A stretch of 49,359 bases of DNA from contig CAYOLR010000001.1 of assembly GCA_964404815.1 (NCBI GenBank), positions 1 to 49,359 on the forward strand. Direction: 5' to 3'. The DNA comes from an uncultured Halobacteriales archaeon (lineage in GTDB: Archaea; Halobacteriota; Halobacteria; Halobacteriales; Hikarchaeaceae). The notes below the pieces were generated by a model that worked only from the letters and a program-made list of their open reading frames with translations, searched no databases and was not told the origin of the DNA. The position numbers and the translations under genes are program-made. Shown piece by piece: positions 8,427 through 18,679 of this stretch (the first letter of the stretch is position 1; each line of letters opens with the position of its first letter).

Positions 8427-8900
8427 ATGAGCTCGGGTCCACGTGAGGCGATCCAGGCGATGGTGGATCGCGAGACGGCGGCCTGGGACGAGCAGGACGT
8501 CGAGACGCTCCTCGACCTCTTCCACCCGGACATGGTCTGGGCGTGGCCCTCATCCGCCCACGATCACGATCCGGTTGACTGGGAGCTCGAGTTCGGCCGG
8601 TACGACCGCGACCGGTGGCGGGCGGAGTGGGAGGCCCTGTTCGACACCCACGACTTGATAAGGAACGATCGAACCACCTGTCAGGTGACGGTGAGCGAAC
8701 AGGGGGATGCGGGGATGGCCGTGGTCGATATCGATACTCTCTGGCGGCATCGTGAGACCGGCGAGGACTTCCACTGGGCGGGCCGGACGGCCAAGCTCTA
8801 TACCCGGTTCGATGGGAGCTGGAAGCTTATCGCTCACTGGGGCGCCCTCGCGTTCGACGATGACGGTGAACCGGTCACGGAACCGGGCGGTGAAGCCTAA
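8427..8900 (+). CDS. NTF2-like (SnoaL / DUF4440-type) protein
   Basis: 157 aa. EAIQAMVDRETAAWDEQDVETLLDLFHPDMVW is typical of the NTF2-like fold. Confidence 0.7.
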   Translation: MSSGPREAIQAMVDRETAAWDEQDVETLLDLFHPDMVWAWPSSAHDHDPVDWELEFGRYDRDRWRAEWEALFDTHDLIRNDRTTCQVTVSEQGDAGMAVVDIDTLWRHRETGEDFHWAGRTAKLYTRFDGSWKLIAHWGALAFDDDGEPVTEPGGEA

Positions 8901-9355
8901 CCGGCTTCCCGTTTCTCGACCAACCCGAGGCCGGCCATCGTTAATACCCGGTCATCGTGCTGGTTCGTGGTGGTGACCTCCGCCGTTGTATGTCCGAAGA
9001 GGGGGTTGTCTCCGGCGTGTTTATCGACGAGTTCGACCGAGACCGAGAGCGTGTCACCCGCGTAGACCGGACGATGCCAGCGGAGGTCGTCGATCCCGTT
9101 ACCGCCGAGTGTGGCGTTGTTGTTCATGTACTCCTTCACCAGCAGTCGGGCTGAGAGGGCAGCGGTCAGCCAGCCGCTCGCGATCAAATCGCCGTACATC
9201 GACTCCGCGGCCGCCTCGGGGTCGATGTGGAAAGGCTGGGGATCGTAGCGGGTGGCGAACTCGAGCATCTCCTCCTCGGTTACCTCGACGCTACCACAGT
9301 CGACCGTCTCGCCGACCTCGAGGTCCTCGAAGTAACGGTGATCGTTGTCTGCCAT
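8897..9355 (-). CDS. MaoC-like (hot-dog fold) dehydratase
   Basis: 152 aa. YFEDLEVGE...EEMLEFATRYDPQPFHIDPEAA...IASGWLT...RWHRPVYAGDTL. Confidence 0.85.
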   Translation of the reverse strand: MADNDHRYFEDLEVGETVDCGSVEVTEEEMLEFATRYDPQPFHIDPEAAAESMYGDLIASGWLTAALSARLLVKEYMNNNATLGGNGIDDLRWHRPVYAGDTLSVSVELVDKHAGDNPLFGHTTAEVTTTNQHDDRVLTMAGLGLVEKREAG

Positions 9356-9421
9356 CGCGTCCCCCTTCCAAACCCGAAGGGGTTAACGTTTCCCGCAGGA
9401 CTGTAAAGGGGTTTCCATACC

Positions 9422-9892
9422 TCAGGTCGGGAGGGCCAGGATCACGGCGATCAGGAACAACGGAACCGCGAAGAGCGCCGAGTACCACGTCGACCCCCCG
9501 ATGAGGAGCAGCCAGGTGGTGCCGTCGTACCCGTTCTGATCCCAATCGATGCCGATACTGGGGAGGCCTCTGACGGCGATCGCGGGGAGGCCGATGACGT
9601 AGCCGCTCGAGACCGGGATCATCACGTTCAGGAGGGCATTGGCCATGGCGCCACCCGTCTGACCTTTCGTCGCCATCATGGCCCAGACCGCCCCGGCCAG
9701 ATACGGGACGGAGAGGCCAATCGTCACCCCCAGATAGCTCACCGCCGCCGAGCGGGCCGGGGGCAGGGATCGAAAGAGCGCTCGGAGCCGACTCGAGAGG
9801 AGAAACGGGCTCCAGAGGAGCGAGGCGACGAGGCCAGGACCGACGACCAGACCGAGGGTAACGCCCCACCCGCCGATTTCCTGGGCTGGCAT
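9422..9892 (-). CDS. integral membrane protein (about 5 TM), unknown function
   Basis: Internal ATG at 9892 (MPAQEIGGWGV...). The region upstream in the track ORF is Arg/Pro-rich and overlaps the next gene. The sequence is hydrophobic throughout. Confidence 0.65.
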   Translation of the reverse strand: MPAQEIGGWGVTLGLVVGPGLVASLLWSPFLLSSRLRALFRSLPPARSAAVSYLGVTIGLSVPYLAGAVWAMMATKGQTGGAMANALLNVMIPVSSGYVIGLPAIAVRGLPSIGIDWDQNGYDGTTWLLLIGGSTWYSALFAVPLFLIAVILALPT

Positions 9893-9966
9893 TATCACTA
9901 CCTGATCGGCGCCACCGGGAAAACCGGTCCGGCATCGGTTCACCGGAGACGGCCTGACGGTAGTCC

Positions 9967-10422
9967 TTACTTGGAGGCCAGGCCGACGGGGGGTGTGACC
10001 CCGAGTTCCTGGACCATTCGAAGCGTATCCCACTGCGACCAGATGCGGGCGATCCGATCGTTTTCGATGGTGAAGACGTTGATGCCGTCCTCCTCGAACG
10101 TCTCCCCGGTCGACTCGATATCGAAGAGGTCGCTCTCGTGGGTCCCGGTCGCCACCCATCGAACCCCCACTTCCTGGTCCGTCCCAAAGATGTGCTCGAC
10201 AGAGTACCAGATATCGGGGAACGCGTCCTGATACACCTGGACGTATTCCTTGATATCCTCGGGCCCGTGCACGTCTTTCGGCGTGAGGCTCAACGGGCCG
10301 TTGTACTCGACGTCCGTCGTCAGTATTTCGTCGGCAACGTCCAGGTTCCCCTGATTGAACAGCTCATTGAACCACTTGTAGACGAGGCGTTCGTTGTCGC
10401 TCCAGGAATCTCTGGGTTTCAT
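9967..10422 (-). CDS. SnoaL-like / ester-cyclase-type NTF2 fold protein
   Basis: 151 aa. LVYKWFNELFNQGNLDVADEILTTDVEYNGP...IKEYVQVYQDAFPD. Confidence 0.75.
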   Translation of the reverse strand: MKPRDSWSDNERLVYKWFNELFNQGNLDVADEILTTDVEYNGPLSLTPKDVHGPEDIKEYVQVYQDAFPDIWYSVEHIFGTDQEVGVRWVATGTHESDLFDIESTGETFEEDGINVFTIENDRIARIWSQWDTLRMVQELGVTPPVGLASK

Positions 10423-10871
10423 ACCGTCTCCCTCGGTTACCTCTCCAGCCCTGGGTACATAGCTCTCCCCCCGTTCGGACCGTTGATAGCCGGCCGGCCC
10501 GGGCCGACGGAGGACGCGGCCGTCGCATACGACCGGGACTATCGCTTCCCGGCGCGCGGCTCGGGTGGCTCGCCGGGCGAGATCACGGAGGCCTCGATCG
10601 CTCCCGCCAGAACCTACCTAATCCGTGTCTCGATCATCGGGAACACCGGGCACGCCCGCCGCCATCACCACTACTATCCCCCTGATACGGATTCGTCGGG
10701 TGACGGTCCAACGCTCTTCGTCGAGATCCACGGGGGAAGACGGCACTCCCCGTCTCGAGTTGTTCTGATCCAGTCCCGAACGGCGTCTCCGGGGGAGTAT
10801 TACGTCTCGGGAGAGTAGCCCCGCCAACCAATGGCTCGTCCCCCATCGCCACCTGTCTGGAGGGCCCCGGA

Positions 10872-11501
10872 ATGACCCGGAAGGACGCCGAGGCCGTCCA
10901 TCGGGCCTGGGCGGAGCGGACGGGGGAATACTCGCCGGGATATTACGCCTATTACGGGTCGACGGAGGTGAGCGAACGGATCAGGGGCGCCCTGGCTGCG
11001 GCCCTCGACCGCGACGCCGCAGTCCTCGAACTCGGGTGCAGTTCCGGTCGCCATCTCTCCCACTTGCACGATCGCGGGTTCCGCAACCTCGCCGGGATCG
11101 ACCTCAACGAGGCCGCCTTCGACGTGATGGAGAGGTCCTACCCTGACCTCGCCGCCGACGGCACGTTCTATCGTGACACGATCGAGACCGTGGTATCGAC
11201 CTTCGCGGACGACCAGTTCGACGCCGTCTATTCGGTCGAAACGCTCCAGCACATCCACCCTGAAAGCGAGTGGGTCTTCGAAGAGATCGCTCGAATCACG
11301 GACACGGTCCTGATCACGGTTGAGGTCGAGGCCGATGACGGGTCGGTCCCGGGGAGTGACGGCGTCAACTTCGTCCGCGAGGACGTGCCGCTGTACTACC
11401 GGGACTGGGGCCGCATCTTCACCCGGCTCGGGTTCGAACAGACCGACCAATGGACAGTCAAGAAGGACACGGGTCGGGTGTTCCGGTCGGACGCCGGCTG
11501 A
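10872..11501 (+). CDS. class I SAM-dependent methyltransferase
   Basis: 209 aa. Motif I VLELGCSSGRHL; post-I GIDLNEAA. Confidence 0.8.
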   Translation: MTRKDAEAVHRAWAERTGEYSPGYYAYYGSTEVSERIRGALAAALDRDAAVLELGCSSGRHLSHLHDRGFRNLAGIDLNEAAFDVMERSYPDLAADGTFYRDTIETVVSTFADDQFDAVYSVETLQHIHPESEWVFEEIARITDTVLITVEVEADDGSVPGSDGVNFVREDVPLYYRDWGRIFTRLGFEQTDQWTVKKDTGRVFRSDAG

Positions 11502-11507
11502 CCGCCG

Positions 11508-12416
11508 TCAGAGGATCGCGTCGGCCAGGGATGCGAGCCGATCGAGCTCCTCGACCGCCAGCCACTGGAGCATCACGCGATCGGCACCCGCTTCATCGAG
11601 CCGGTCGAGGTGGGCAGCCACCTCGGTCTCGGTTCCGACGATCACGCCACTGGATTCGAGGTCTCCCCGATCCCGTCCATCGAGCACCCGATCGATCTCG
11701 TCCTCATCCCGCCCATACAGGACCTGGGTCATCAACGATCGCCTGATCTCGGTCGGGTTACGGCCGGCTCCGTCACAGAGGCGATCGAGGCGCGAGTTCA
11801 ACGCCTCGAACTCCTCCGGCGGGAGCAACACCCCGTTCCACTCGTTGGCGTATTCGGCGGCGAGGGGTAACGTCCGACGCCGGCCGTTCCCGCCGATCAG
11901 CACCCGGTCACCGAGTCCGTGAGCCGGTGACGGGACGAACTTCGCGTCGTCGAGCGAGAAGTACTCACCCTCGAACGAGCTCGGACCATCGTCCCGGAGG
12001 AGCGAGGTGATGACGGAGACACCCTCTCGGAACCGATCGAAGCGCTGGTCGAGGTCGAGGAGGTCGAACCCGAACATCTCGTGCTCACGTTCCTGCCACC
12101 CGGCCCCGACCCCGAGCACTAACCGACCGCCGGCTAGGTTGTCGACGTCCTTGGCCATCCGGGCGGTGAACACGGGGTGTCGAAACGACACCGGCGTCAC
12201 CAGCGGGCCGAACTCGATCCGTTCGGTGTGCTCGGCCAGCCAGGTAAGCGACGTCCACAACTCCAGCGAATCACGAAGCGGCCCCTCGGCGTCGGTGAAG
12301 TGGTCGGACCGATGCAGGCCAGCGAACCCCAGGTCCTCGGCGGTTCTGGCGAGCCGTTTCCAGGTATCCCAATTCACCCCGTGCTGGCCCTCGATCATCA
12401 AGGCGATCTCCGGCAT
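11508..12416 (-). CDS. luciferase-like (LLM class) flavin/F420-dependent oxidoreductase
   Basis: 302 aa. IALMIEGQHGVNWDTWKRLARTAEDLGFAGLHRSDHF...LGVGAGW. Confidence 0.8.
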   Translation of the reverse strand: MPEIALMIEGQHGVNWDTWKRLARTAEDLGFAGLHRSDHFTDAEGPLRDSLELWTSLTWLAEHTERIEFGPLVTPVSFRHPVFTARMAKDVDNLAGGRLVLGVGAGWQEREHEMFGFDLLDLDQRFDRFREGVSVITSLLRDDGPSSFEGEYFSLDDAKFVPSPAHGLGDRVLIGGNGRRRTLPLAAEYANEWNGVLLPPEEFEALNSRLDRLCDGAGRNPTEIRRSLMTQVLYGRDEDEIDRVLDGRDRGDLESSGVIVGTETEVAAHLDRLDEAGADRVMLQWLAVEELDRLASLADAIL

Positions 12417-12543
12417 GATGTCCCTCTACGTGCCGGCTTCGAGCCCCCGCGATTTCGTTCTTCCCGTCGGACTCGGCTATTGTGTGCCACTCGTCACCAC
12501 GGCTGACAACGTGTTTAACCGGCTCCCATCCATAGGGCGCTCG

Positions 12544-15378
12544 ATGGGAGATAGTCGCCCGGCGGCGGCCTTTGCGGACCTCGGCCCGGAGGTCCGGTCG
12601 GCCCTCTCGGATCGTGGCTTCGAGACCCCTACGGAGCCACAACGCCGGGCCATCCCACCCCTCGCTGCGGGCCGTGACGCCCTCGTCATCGCCCCGACCG
12701 GAACGGGGAAGACCGAGACGGCCATGCTCCCGGTGTTCGACGCGATCGTGGAGAAGGGGCCCCAGTTCGGTATCTCCGCCCTGTATATCACGCCGCTCCG
12801 GGCCCTCAACCGCGATATGCGGGATCGCCTCGACTGGTGGGGTGAGACGCTCGATCTCCGGGTGGACGTCCGTCATGGCGATACGACCCGCTATCAGCGA
12901 ACCAAACAGGCCGACAACCCGCCGGATGTCCTGATCACGACGCCGGAAACCCTCCAGGCCATGCTGACGGGCGAGAAGCTCCGACGCGCGCTGTCGGACA
13001 TTGACCACGTCGTCGTCGACGAGGTCCACGAGTTGGCCGCCTCGAAACGTGGTGCCCAGCTCACCATCGGCCTGGAACGCCTCCGTGAGCTCGCGGGAGA
13101 TTTCCGACGGATCGGCCTCTCGGCCACGGTGGGCGATCCGAAGGAGGTGGGTCGGTTCCTGACGGCCGGAGACGACCCCGCGATCGTCCAGATCGATGCG
13201 GGGAGCGCTCTCGAGCTATCGGTTGTCGAGCCGGCGATCGAACAAGGTGACGAGAAGCTCGCCAGCCAACTAGTGACGGAGCCCTCGATGGCGAGCCACG
13301 TCCGGTTCATCCTCGATCAGGTCGACGCCCACGAGTCGACGCTCATCTTCGTTAACACCCGCCAGACCGCCGAGGCACTCGGGTCGCGGTTCAACGCCCT
13401 CGACGCCGCCATCGGCGTCCACCACGGGTCTCTCGCCAAGGAGGCACGGATCGACGTCGAGGACCGGTTCAAGGCCGGTGAGATCGACGCGCTTCTGTGT
13501 ACGTCATCGATGGAGCTTGGGATCGATGTCGGTCACGTCGATCACGTCATCCAGTACGGGAGCCCGCGCGAGGTCACCCGGCTGCTCCAACGGGTCGGTC
13601 GGGCCGGCCATCGGGCCGGTCAGACGTCGAAGGGGACGATCGTGACCAGACACCCCGACGACACCTTTGAGGCTCTCGCGATCGCCCGACGGGCCACCGC
13701 CGGGGAGGTCGAACCCGCGGCGATCCACGAAGGGAGCCTCGACGTGGTCGCCAACCAGCTCGCGGGCCTCGTCATGGACATGGGCGAGCTCCCGGCCCGC
13801 CAGGCCTACCAGATCATCACGCGGGCGTACCCCTTCCGTGACATCGACGAAGCCGCGTTCAAGGACGTCATCCGGGAGGCTGCCGGCAACCGGCTGATCT
13901 GGCTCGACGAGGACGAGGACACCATCAGCAAACGGGGCGATACCTGGGAGTACTACTACCGCAACCTCTCGATGATCCCCGACGAGGAGACCTACGCCGT
14001 CGCCGACATGGCCGGGGGTAACCAGATCGGGACGCTCGACGAACGGTTCGTCGTCAACTTCGCCGAGCCGGGGGCCACGTTCATCCAGGGCGGCCGGATG
14101 TGGCGGATCGTCGAGGTCGATGAGGACGAGATGCGGGTGAACGCCACGCCAGTCGAGGACCCCGCCGGCGAGGTCCCCTCGTGGGTCGGCGAGGAGATTC
14201 CGGTCCCCTACGAGGTCGCCCAGGAGGTGGGCGAGATGCGGGCTGTCGCGGCCGAGCAGTTCGAGACCGGTGCCTCGATCGATGCCGTCGCCCGGTCCTT
14301 CCTCGATAGGTATCCTTCGAACGAGTACACCCTCGAACAGGCGCTGGACCCGGTCCGCTCGCAAGTCGACGAGGAGGTCGTGGTCCCGACGGACGATCGG
14401 CTCGTCATCGAGGGTGGGGGCGGGACAGTCGTGGTTAACGCCTGTTTCGGACACCAGGGGAACGAGACGCTCGGCCGCCTCGTCTCCTCGCTGGTCGGAC
14501 AAGCCGCGGGCTCCTCGATCGGGATGGACATCGACCCCTATCGCATCGAGTTGACCGTCCCCCCCGGCGTGTCCACGGGCGATGTCGTCGGCGTGCTGGA
14601 GGAGACGGACCCGGCCCACGTCGAAGCCTACCTCGAACTCGCGCTCAAACGATCCGACGCCCTCCAGTTCACGCTCGCCCAGATCGCCGCCACATTCGGT
14701 GCACTCAAACGATACAAGGGGAAGAACTCGAGCTTCGGGGGCAACCGGATCGTCGCCCTTCTGGAGGACACCCCCGTTTTCGACGAGGCGATCCGATCGG
14801 TCTTTCACGACGACCTCGCCGTGGCCGTTACCCAGGACATCCTCGATCGCGTCCAGAAGGGCGATCTCGACGTAGTGACGGTGCGCGGGCGAACGCCCCT
14901 CGGGTCGGCTGGCCGGTCCTCGGGCCGCGAACTGCTCACCCCCGAGAACGCCGATGCCAGCGTCATCAAAGCAGTCAAGGAACGGCTCCACGAGGATCGG
15001 GTCCGCCTGATCTGCCTCCACTGTACCGAGTGGGAGCGCCGGACGAAAGTGGATCGCGTGCCGGACCAACCGTCCTGTCCCGAATGTGGCTCGACCCGGA
15101 TCGCGGCCCTCAATCCGTGGGCGGACGAGGTGGTGCAAGCGATCAAGTCCGAGGACAAGGACGAGGACCAGGAGAAAATGACCCAACGCGCCCACCAAGC
15201 AGCCAACTTGGTTCAAAGCCACGGCAAACGCGCCGTGATCGCGCTCATGGCCCGCGGCGTTGGGCCGCAGTCGGCAGCCAGGATCATCAACAACTGGCGG
15301 GAGGACGAGGACGACTTCTACCGCGATATCATGGCTCGAGAACGGGAGTATGCCCGGACCCGATCCTTCTGGGATTGA
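12544..15378 (+). CDS. lhr: Lhr-type DEAD/DEAH-box ATP-dependent helicase with a C-terminal zinc ribbon
   Basis: ATG at 12544 (MGDSRPAAAFADLG...). Motifs PTEPQRRAIP, APTGTGKT, DEVHE, SATVG and QRVGRAGH. C-terminal CLHCTEW...CPECGS. The track ORF's extension from 12007 overlaps the opposite-strand LLM gene. Confidence 0.9.
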   Translation: MGDSRPAAAFADLGPEVRSALSDRGFETPTEPQRRAIPPLAAGRDALVIAPTGTGKTETAMLPVFDAIVEKGPQFGISALYITPLRALNRDMRDRLDWWGETLDLRVDVRHGDTTRYQRTKQADNPPDVLITTPETLQAMLTGEKLRRALSDIDHVVVDEVHELAASKRGAQLTIGLERLRELAGDFRRIGLSATVGDPKEVGRFLTAGDDPAIVQIDAGSALELSVVEPAIEQGDEKLASQLVTEPSMASHVRFILDQVDAHESTLIFVNTRQTAEALGSRFNALDAAIGVHHGSLAKEARIDVEDRFKAGEIDALLCTSSMELGIDVGHVDHVIQYGSPREVTRLLQRVGRAGHRAGQTSKGTIVTRHPDDTFEALAIARRATAGEVEPAAIHEGSLDVVANQLAGLVMDMGELPARQAYQIITRAYPFRDIDEAAFKDVIREAAGNRLIWLDEDEDTISKRGDTWEYYYRNLSMIPDEETYAVADMAGGNQIGTLDERFVVNFAEPGATFIQGGRMWRIVEVDEDEMRVNATPVEDPAGEVPSWVGEEIPVPYEVAQEVGEMRAVAAEQFETGASIDAVARSFLDRYPSNEYTLEQALDPVRSQVDEEVVVPTDDRLVIEGGGGTVVVNACFGHQGNETLGRLVSSLVGQAAGSSIGMDIDPYRIELTVPPGVSTGDVVGVLEETDPAHVEAYLELALKRSDALQFTLAQIAATFGALKRYKGKNSSFGGNRIVALLEDTPVFDEAIRSVFHDDLAVAVTQDILDRVQKGDLDVVTVRGRTPLGSAGRSSGRELLTPENADASVIKAVKERLHEDRVRLICLHCTEWERRTKVDRVPDQPSCPECGSTRIAALNPWADEVVQAIKSEDKDEDQEKMTQRAHQAANLVQSHGKRAVIALMARGVGPQSAARIINNWREDEDDFYRDIMAREREYARTRSFWD

Positions 15379-15388
15379 TCGGCCGGCG

Positions 15389-17527
15389 TTACTCGATCAC
15401 GTCGACGCCGGTGAATTCGAACCGGGCGCCGTCGTGAGGCCCGGCGGTCAGGGTGACGTCCCAGCCGTGAGCCTCGGCGATTTCACGGACAATGTTCAAC
15501 CCGAAGCCGGCGTTCCCGTCCTTAGATGACCCCCCGGATTCGAAGACTTCGTCACGGTCCTCGACGGGGATGCCCTCGCCATCGTCCTCGACGTAAAACC
15601 CGGTACCGTCCTCGAGAGGTCCGAGTCGGACGGTGACGTCACGGCCCCCGTGCTCGACCGCGTTCCGCATCAGGTTCTCGAGGAGGTTCTGGATATGGGC
15701 CTCGTCGGCCCGCACCTCCAGGCCGGATTCGACCGTGAGGGTGGCGTCGACGGTGTCGACGTTCGACCAACAGCCGTCGACCGTGGTGTGCAATTCGACG
15801 TGGTCCGTCGGCTCGACACGTTGCCCGGTTTTCGCGAGGGCCAGCGTGTCGTCGAGCATCCCCTCCATCCGGTCGAGCGAGGACGCTATTGCTTCGAGGT
15901 GTTCCTCATCTTGGGATTGCCTCGCCAACTCGATGCGACCCTGGGCCACCATCAGGGGGTTTCTGAGGTCGTGTGAGAGGATGTTGATTACCCGTTCAAG
16001 CCGATCGTTCTGTCGTTTGAGTTCTTCTTCCCGGTCGAGCCGATCCGAAACGTCCGCACAGGCCCAGATCGTCCCCTGACGCCCCTCGCCGAACTCTACC
16101 CCCGTGACCCGCGCCTCACAGGGCACTGTCCCGGTCGTCGCCGTCTGAAGAGGCCACTCGACCCGGTTGATCTCGTCCCTCGTCGGTTCAGTGACAATGT
16201 CGGCACACTCCGCCCGAGCCTCTTCGTCCATCAGCAACGAGAGCGTGCCGTGTTCCAGGGTCTCGCGATCGAACCCCGAGAGATCCAGCAGGCGCCGGTT
16301 GATCAGTTCGAAATCCCCGGTTTCGTCGACCATGAAGACCCCCGCCGCAACGGCATCGATCGCCTCCTGGTACTGGACGAGATCGCGTTCCCGTGCCTTC
16401 CGCTCAGAGATATCGCGACCCGCTGCCATGATCGATGTGACCGCCCCGTCCTCGTCGGTGACGGGCTGGAGCTCCCCGTCGATCACCACGAACCGGTCGC
16501 CGAGCCCCTTGTGCTCCGCCTCGAACGAGATCCGTTCGCCCGCGGCGGCCCGGTCGATCCAGTCCTGGAGGTCGGCCTGAAGCGATTCCGAATGCGTCCA
16601 CCACTCGGTGTTCCAGAACCGGTTCCCGACAACGTCTTCCAGGTCCTTCCCGATGAAGTCCAGGGCCGATTCGTTGGCGTCGATAACAGTACCATCGGGT
16701 TCGAGCAGGGCCATGAACGAAACGGGGTTGTTGAAGACCGTCTCGAACCGCCGCTTGGCCTTGGTGAGTTCCCGCTCGCGTTCCGTCTGGGCCGTGATGT
16801 CCTGAACGCTTACCAGTAGCCGATCGCGCCCGTCGATCTCGGCGGTGGTCATGTCGACCTGGACCCAGATGACCTCGACGTCTTTGGTCTCGTCCGGCCA
16901 CTGGAACGATGCCGACCCTTCCTCCTTCGCCCGCTCGAGTTTCTCCTGGGCGAGCTCGCCCGAGTACCCCGGGACGTCCGCCGTCAGGTCATCGAGGGAG
17001 AGCGAGAGCACCTCTTCACGCTCGTAGCCCAGCATCTCGCAGTATCGCTGGTTGACGTCCAGTACCTCGCCGGATTCGAGGTCCCTGACCGTCAGCCCGA
17101 TGCTGGCTTTGTCGAAGATTTCCCGATAGCTCACGTCCGACTGGACGCGGTCGACCGCGTCCAACACCCGGTTCGCCAGGACGGCGTAGTGATCCGAACC
17201 GATCTCCTTCTGCAGGTAGTCGGTCACGCCGGCGGAGATGGCTTCGCTGGCGATCTCCTCCGACCCCTTCCCGGTGAAGAGGATGAACGGGAGTTCGGGA
17301 TGCTCGGTCTTGACCCGATCAAGAAACGACAACCCGTCCATCTCCGGCATGTCGTAATCGCTGATGACACAATCGACCGAGTTCGCCTCGAGCCGTTCGA
17401 GGCCATCCTGGATCGTCGTCGCGATCTCGACGTGAAGCCTCCCGTCCTGCTGTTCGAGGAACTCTGCGGTCAGCTCAGCGAAGTCCGGATCGTCGTCGAT
17501 GTGGAGGACCCGGACCGGCTCCGTCAT
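15389..17527 (-). CDS. hybrid sensor: N-terminal response-regulator receiver, multiple PAS domains, HisKA and HATPase_c
   Basis: 712 aa. Receiver VLHIDDDPDF...DCVISDYDMPEMDG. H-box ILSHDLRNPL. ATPase NLMRNAVEHGG...DDGEGIP...GFGLNIV. Confidence 0.9.
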   Translation of the reverse strand: MTEPVRVLHIDDDPDFAELTAEFLEQQDGRLHVEIATTIQDGLERLEANSVDCVISDYDMPEMDGLSFLDRVKTEHPELPFILFTGKGSEEIASEAISAGVTDYLQKEIGSDHYAVLANRVLDAVDRVQSDVSYREIFDKASIGLTVRDLESGEVLDVNQRYCEMLGYEREEVLSLSLDDLTADVPGYSGELAQEKLERAKEEGSASFQWPDETKDVEVIWVQVDMTTAEIDGRDRLLVSVQDITAQTERERELTKAKRRFETVFNNPVSFMALLEPDGTVIDANESALDFIGKDLEDVVGNRFWNTEWWTHSESLQADLQDWIDRAAAGERISFEAEHKGLGDRFVVIDGELQPVTDEDGAVTSIMAAGRDISERKARERDLVQYQEAIDAVAAGVFMVDETGDFELINRRLLDLSGFDRETLEHGTLSLLMDEEARAECADIVTEPTRDEINRVEWPLQTATTGTVPCEARVTGVEFGEGRQGTIWACADVSDRLDREEELKRQNDRLERVINILSHDLRNPLMVAQGRIELARQSQDEEHLEAIASSLDRMEGMLDDTLALAKTGQRVEPTDHVELHTTVDGCWSNVDTVDATLTVESGLEVRADEAHIQNLLENLMRNAVEHGGRDVTVRLGPLEDGTGFYVEDDGEGIPVEDRDEVFESGGSSKDGNAGFGLNIVREIAEAHGWDVTLTAGPHDGARFEFTGVDVIE

Positions 17528-17618
17528 GGGTGGACCTGAAACCGTGACATATCAAACCTATTGCCCTCAAATTATTCCGATCGATAACAACTGATTGATA
17601 CGATAGTGTGGACCGGCA

Positions 17619-17948
17619 CTACTCGCCGGTCGCCCGTTCGAGGATGGCGTCCCTCACCTCGGTGGCGCAGTCGCGGTTCGACCGGCCGAAATACAGGGTG
17701 TTCTCGTCCACCGGATGACTGAGGAACCCCCCGGTCGCCGGCTCCATTGAGACCAATTGAAGCTGGATGTGGCCGGTGACCAGCCCTGAGGAGTATTCGA
17801 CTCCCCTGATGTCCGTCATCGGGATAGTTTTGTCTTCGAACATCGAGCTACCGGTCCGGTCGATCTCCACCCGGTCCTCGAAGACGGATAGCGTCCCGCC
17901 TTGGAGCTTACACGTCGCGACGGCCTCGGACCCGGTGTCATCAGCCAT
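17619..17948 (-). CDS. small conserved protein, possibly a bacterial-type PH-like domain
   Basis: 109 aa. TLSVFEDRVEIDRTG...IPMTDIRGVEYSSGLVTGHIQLQL pattern. The family assignment is tentative. Confidence 0.55.
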   Translation of the reverse strand: MADDTGSEAVATCKLQGGTLSVFEDRVEIDRTGSSMFEDKTIPMTDIRGVEYSSGLVTGHIQLQLVSMEPATGGFLSHPVDENTLYFGRSNRDCATEVRDAILERATGE

Positions 17949-17994
17949 TAAATCCGAGTACTGGAGACGCCGCGAAAAAGGTACCGTGCCGCGG

Positions 17995-18636
17995 TCAATC
18001 GGCGCCCGTTCTCGACAAGTCGTCGATCAACGTCCCGATCGCGTCGCTCCCACCACCCACGACGTTTGATCCGTGGGTAACGAGCACGGTCTCGATTTCG
18101 TACTCAGCGAGTCGGGAGACGACATCTCGGGCCCGCCGATCCATGGCGTTGTGGTCTTCGTCCATCACCGTCAGCGGCCCGGTCCACTCCCCGTCAGCCG
18201 CGTACTTCGAGTCGACACCGGCCAGGGTGTCACCGGCAATCAGGACGCCGTCTACGAGGTAAGCCATGTTGCCCGGGGTATGTCCGGGGAGTTCGATGGC
18301 ACGCACCCCGAAAAACCGATCACCGTCTTGGAGACGGCGATCAGGCTCGATCCCCTCGTCCAGCAGAAACCCCGCATCCCCTGCGGGCACCGCGACTGCG
18401 AGGTCGAGGGCCTCCCGGAGGGCGGGAACGCCGCGGTAGTGATCGACGTCCCCGTGTTCGACAACCACCGCGTCAACCGCATGAGCGCGCGCGATGTCGA
18501 CCAGCGCCGCCGACGTGTACTCGTCGCCGGCCCCGAAGAGGACCGTAGCCTCACTCGTCTCGACGACGTGAACGGAGAGGGGCTCGCCCCGGTTCCACTC
18601 CAGGTCATAGGTTTGGACCCCCTCGGTTACTTGCAT
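17995..18636 (-). CDS. MBL-fold metallo-hydrolase
   Basis: ATG at 18636 (MQVTEGVQ...). VVVEHGDVDHYRG (HxxxDH-like) and ELPGHTPGN. Confidence 0.8.
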   Translation of the reverse strand: MQVTEGVQTYDLEWNRGEPLSVHVVETSEATVLFGAGDEYTSAALVDIARAHAVDAVVVEHGDVDHYRGVPALREALDLAVAVPAGDAGFLLDEGIEPDRRLQDGDRFFGVRAIELPGHTPGNMAYLVDGVLIAGDTLAGVDSKYAADGEWTGPLTVMDEDHNAMDRRARDVVSRLAEYEIETVLVTHGSNVVGGGSDAIGTLIDDLSRTGAD

Positions 18637-18679
18637 ATCAATGGTTCCCTGGACTGACAGGTTAACCGTACCGGTCGCG

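Noticed and set aside
10618-10852. 69-aa and 72-aa ORFs inside the long 10.4-10.9 kb spacer
   Set aside because: Basic, Arg/Gly/Pro-rich composition unlike the acidic proteome of this organism. The two overlap each other in different frames.
12476-12484. GCTATTGTG upstream of lhr, matching part of the sulfur-cluster motif
   Set aside because: Only the 6-9 nt half matches. There is no ATTACTAT partner at the 10-nt spacing, so this is probably chance.
12007-12543. 179-codon N-terminal extension of the Lhr ORF
   Set aside because: It overlaps the opposite-strand LLM gene, is Ser/Arg/Pro-rich, and precedes a good ATG (12544) that gives a canonical Lhr N-terminus.
13504-15222. 572-aa ORF antisense to the Lhr helicase
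   Set aside because: Same high-GC antisense artefact. The opposite frame carries all the helicase motifs.
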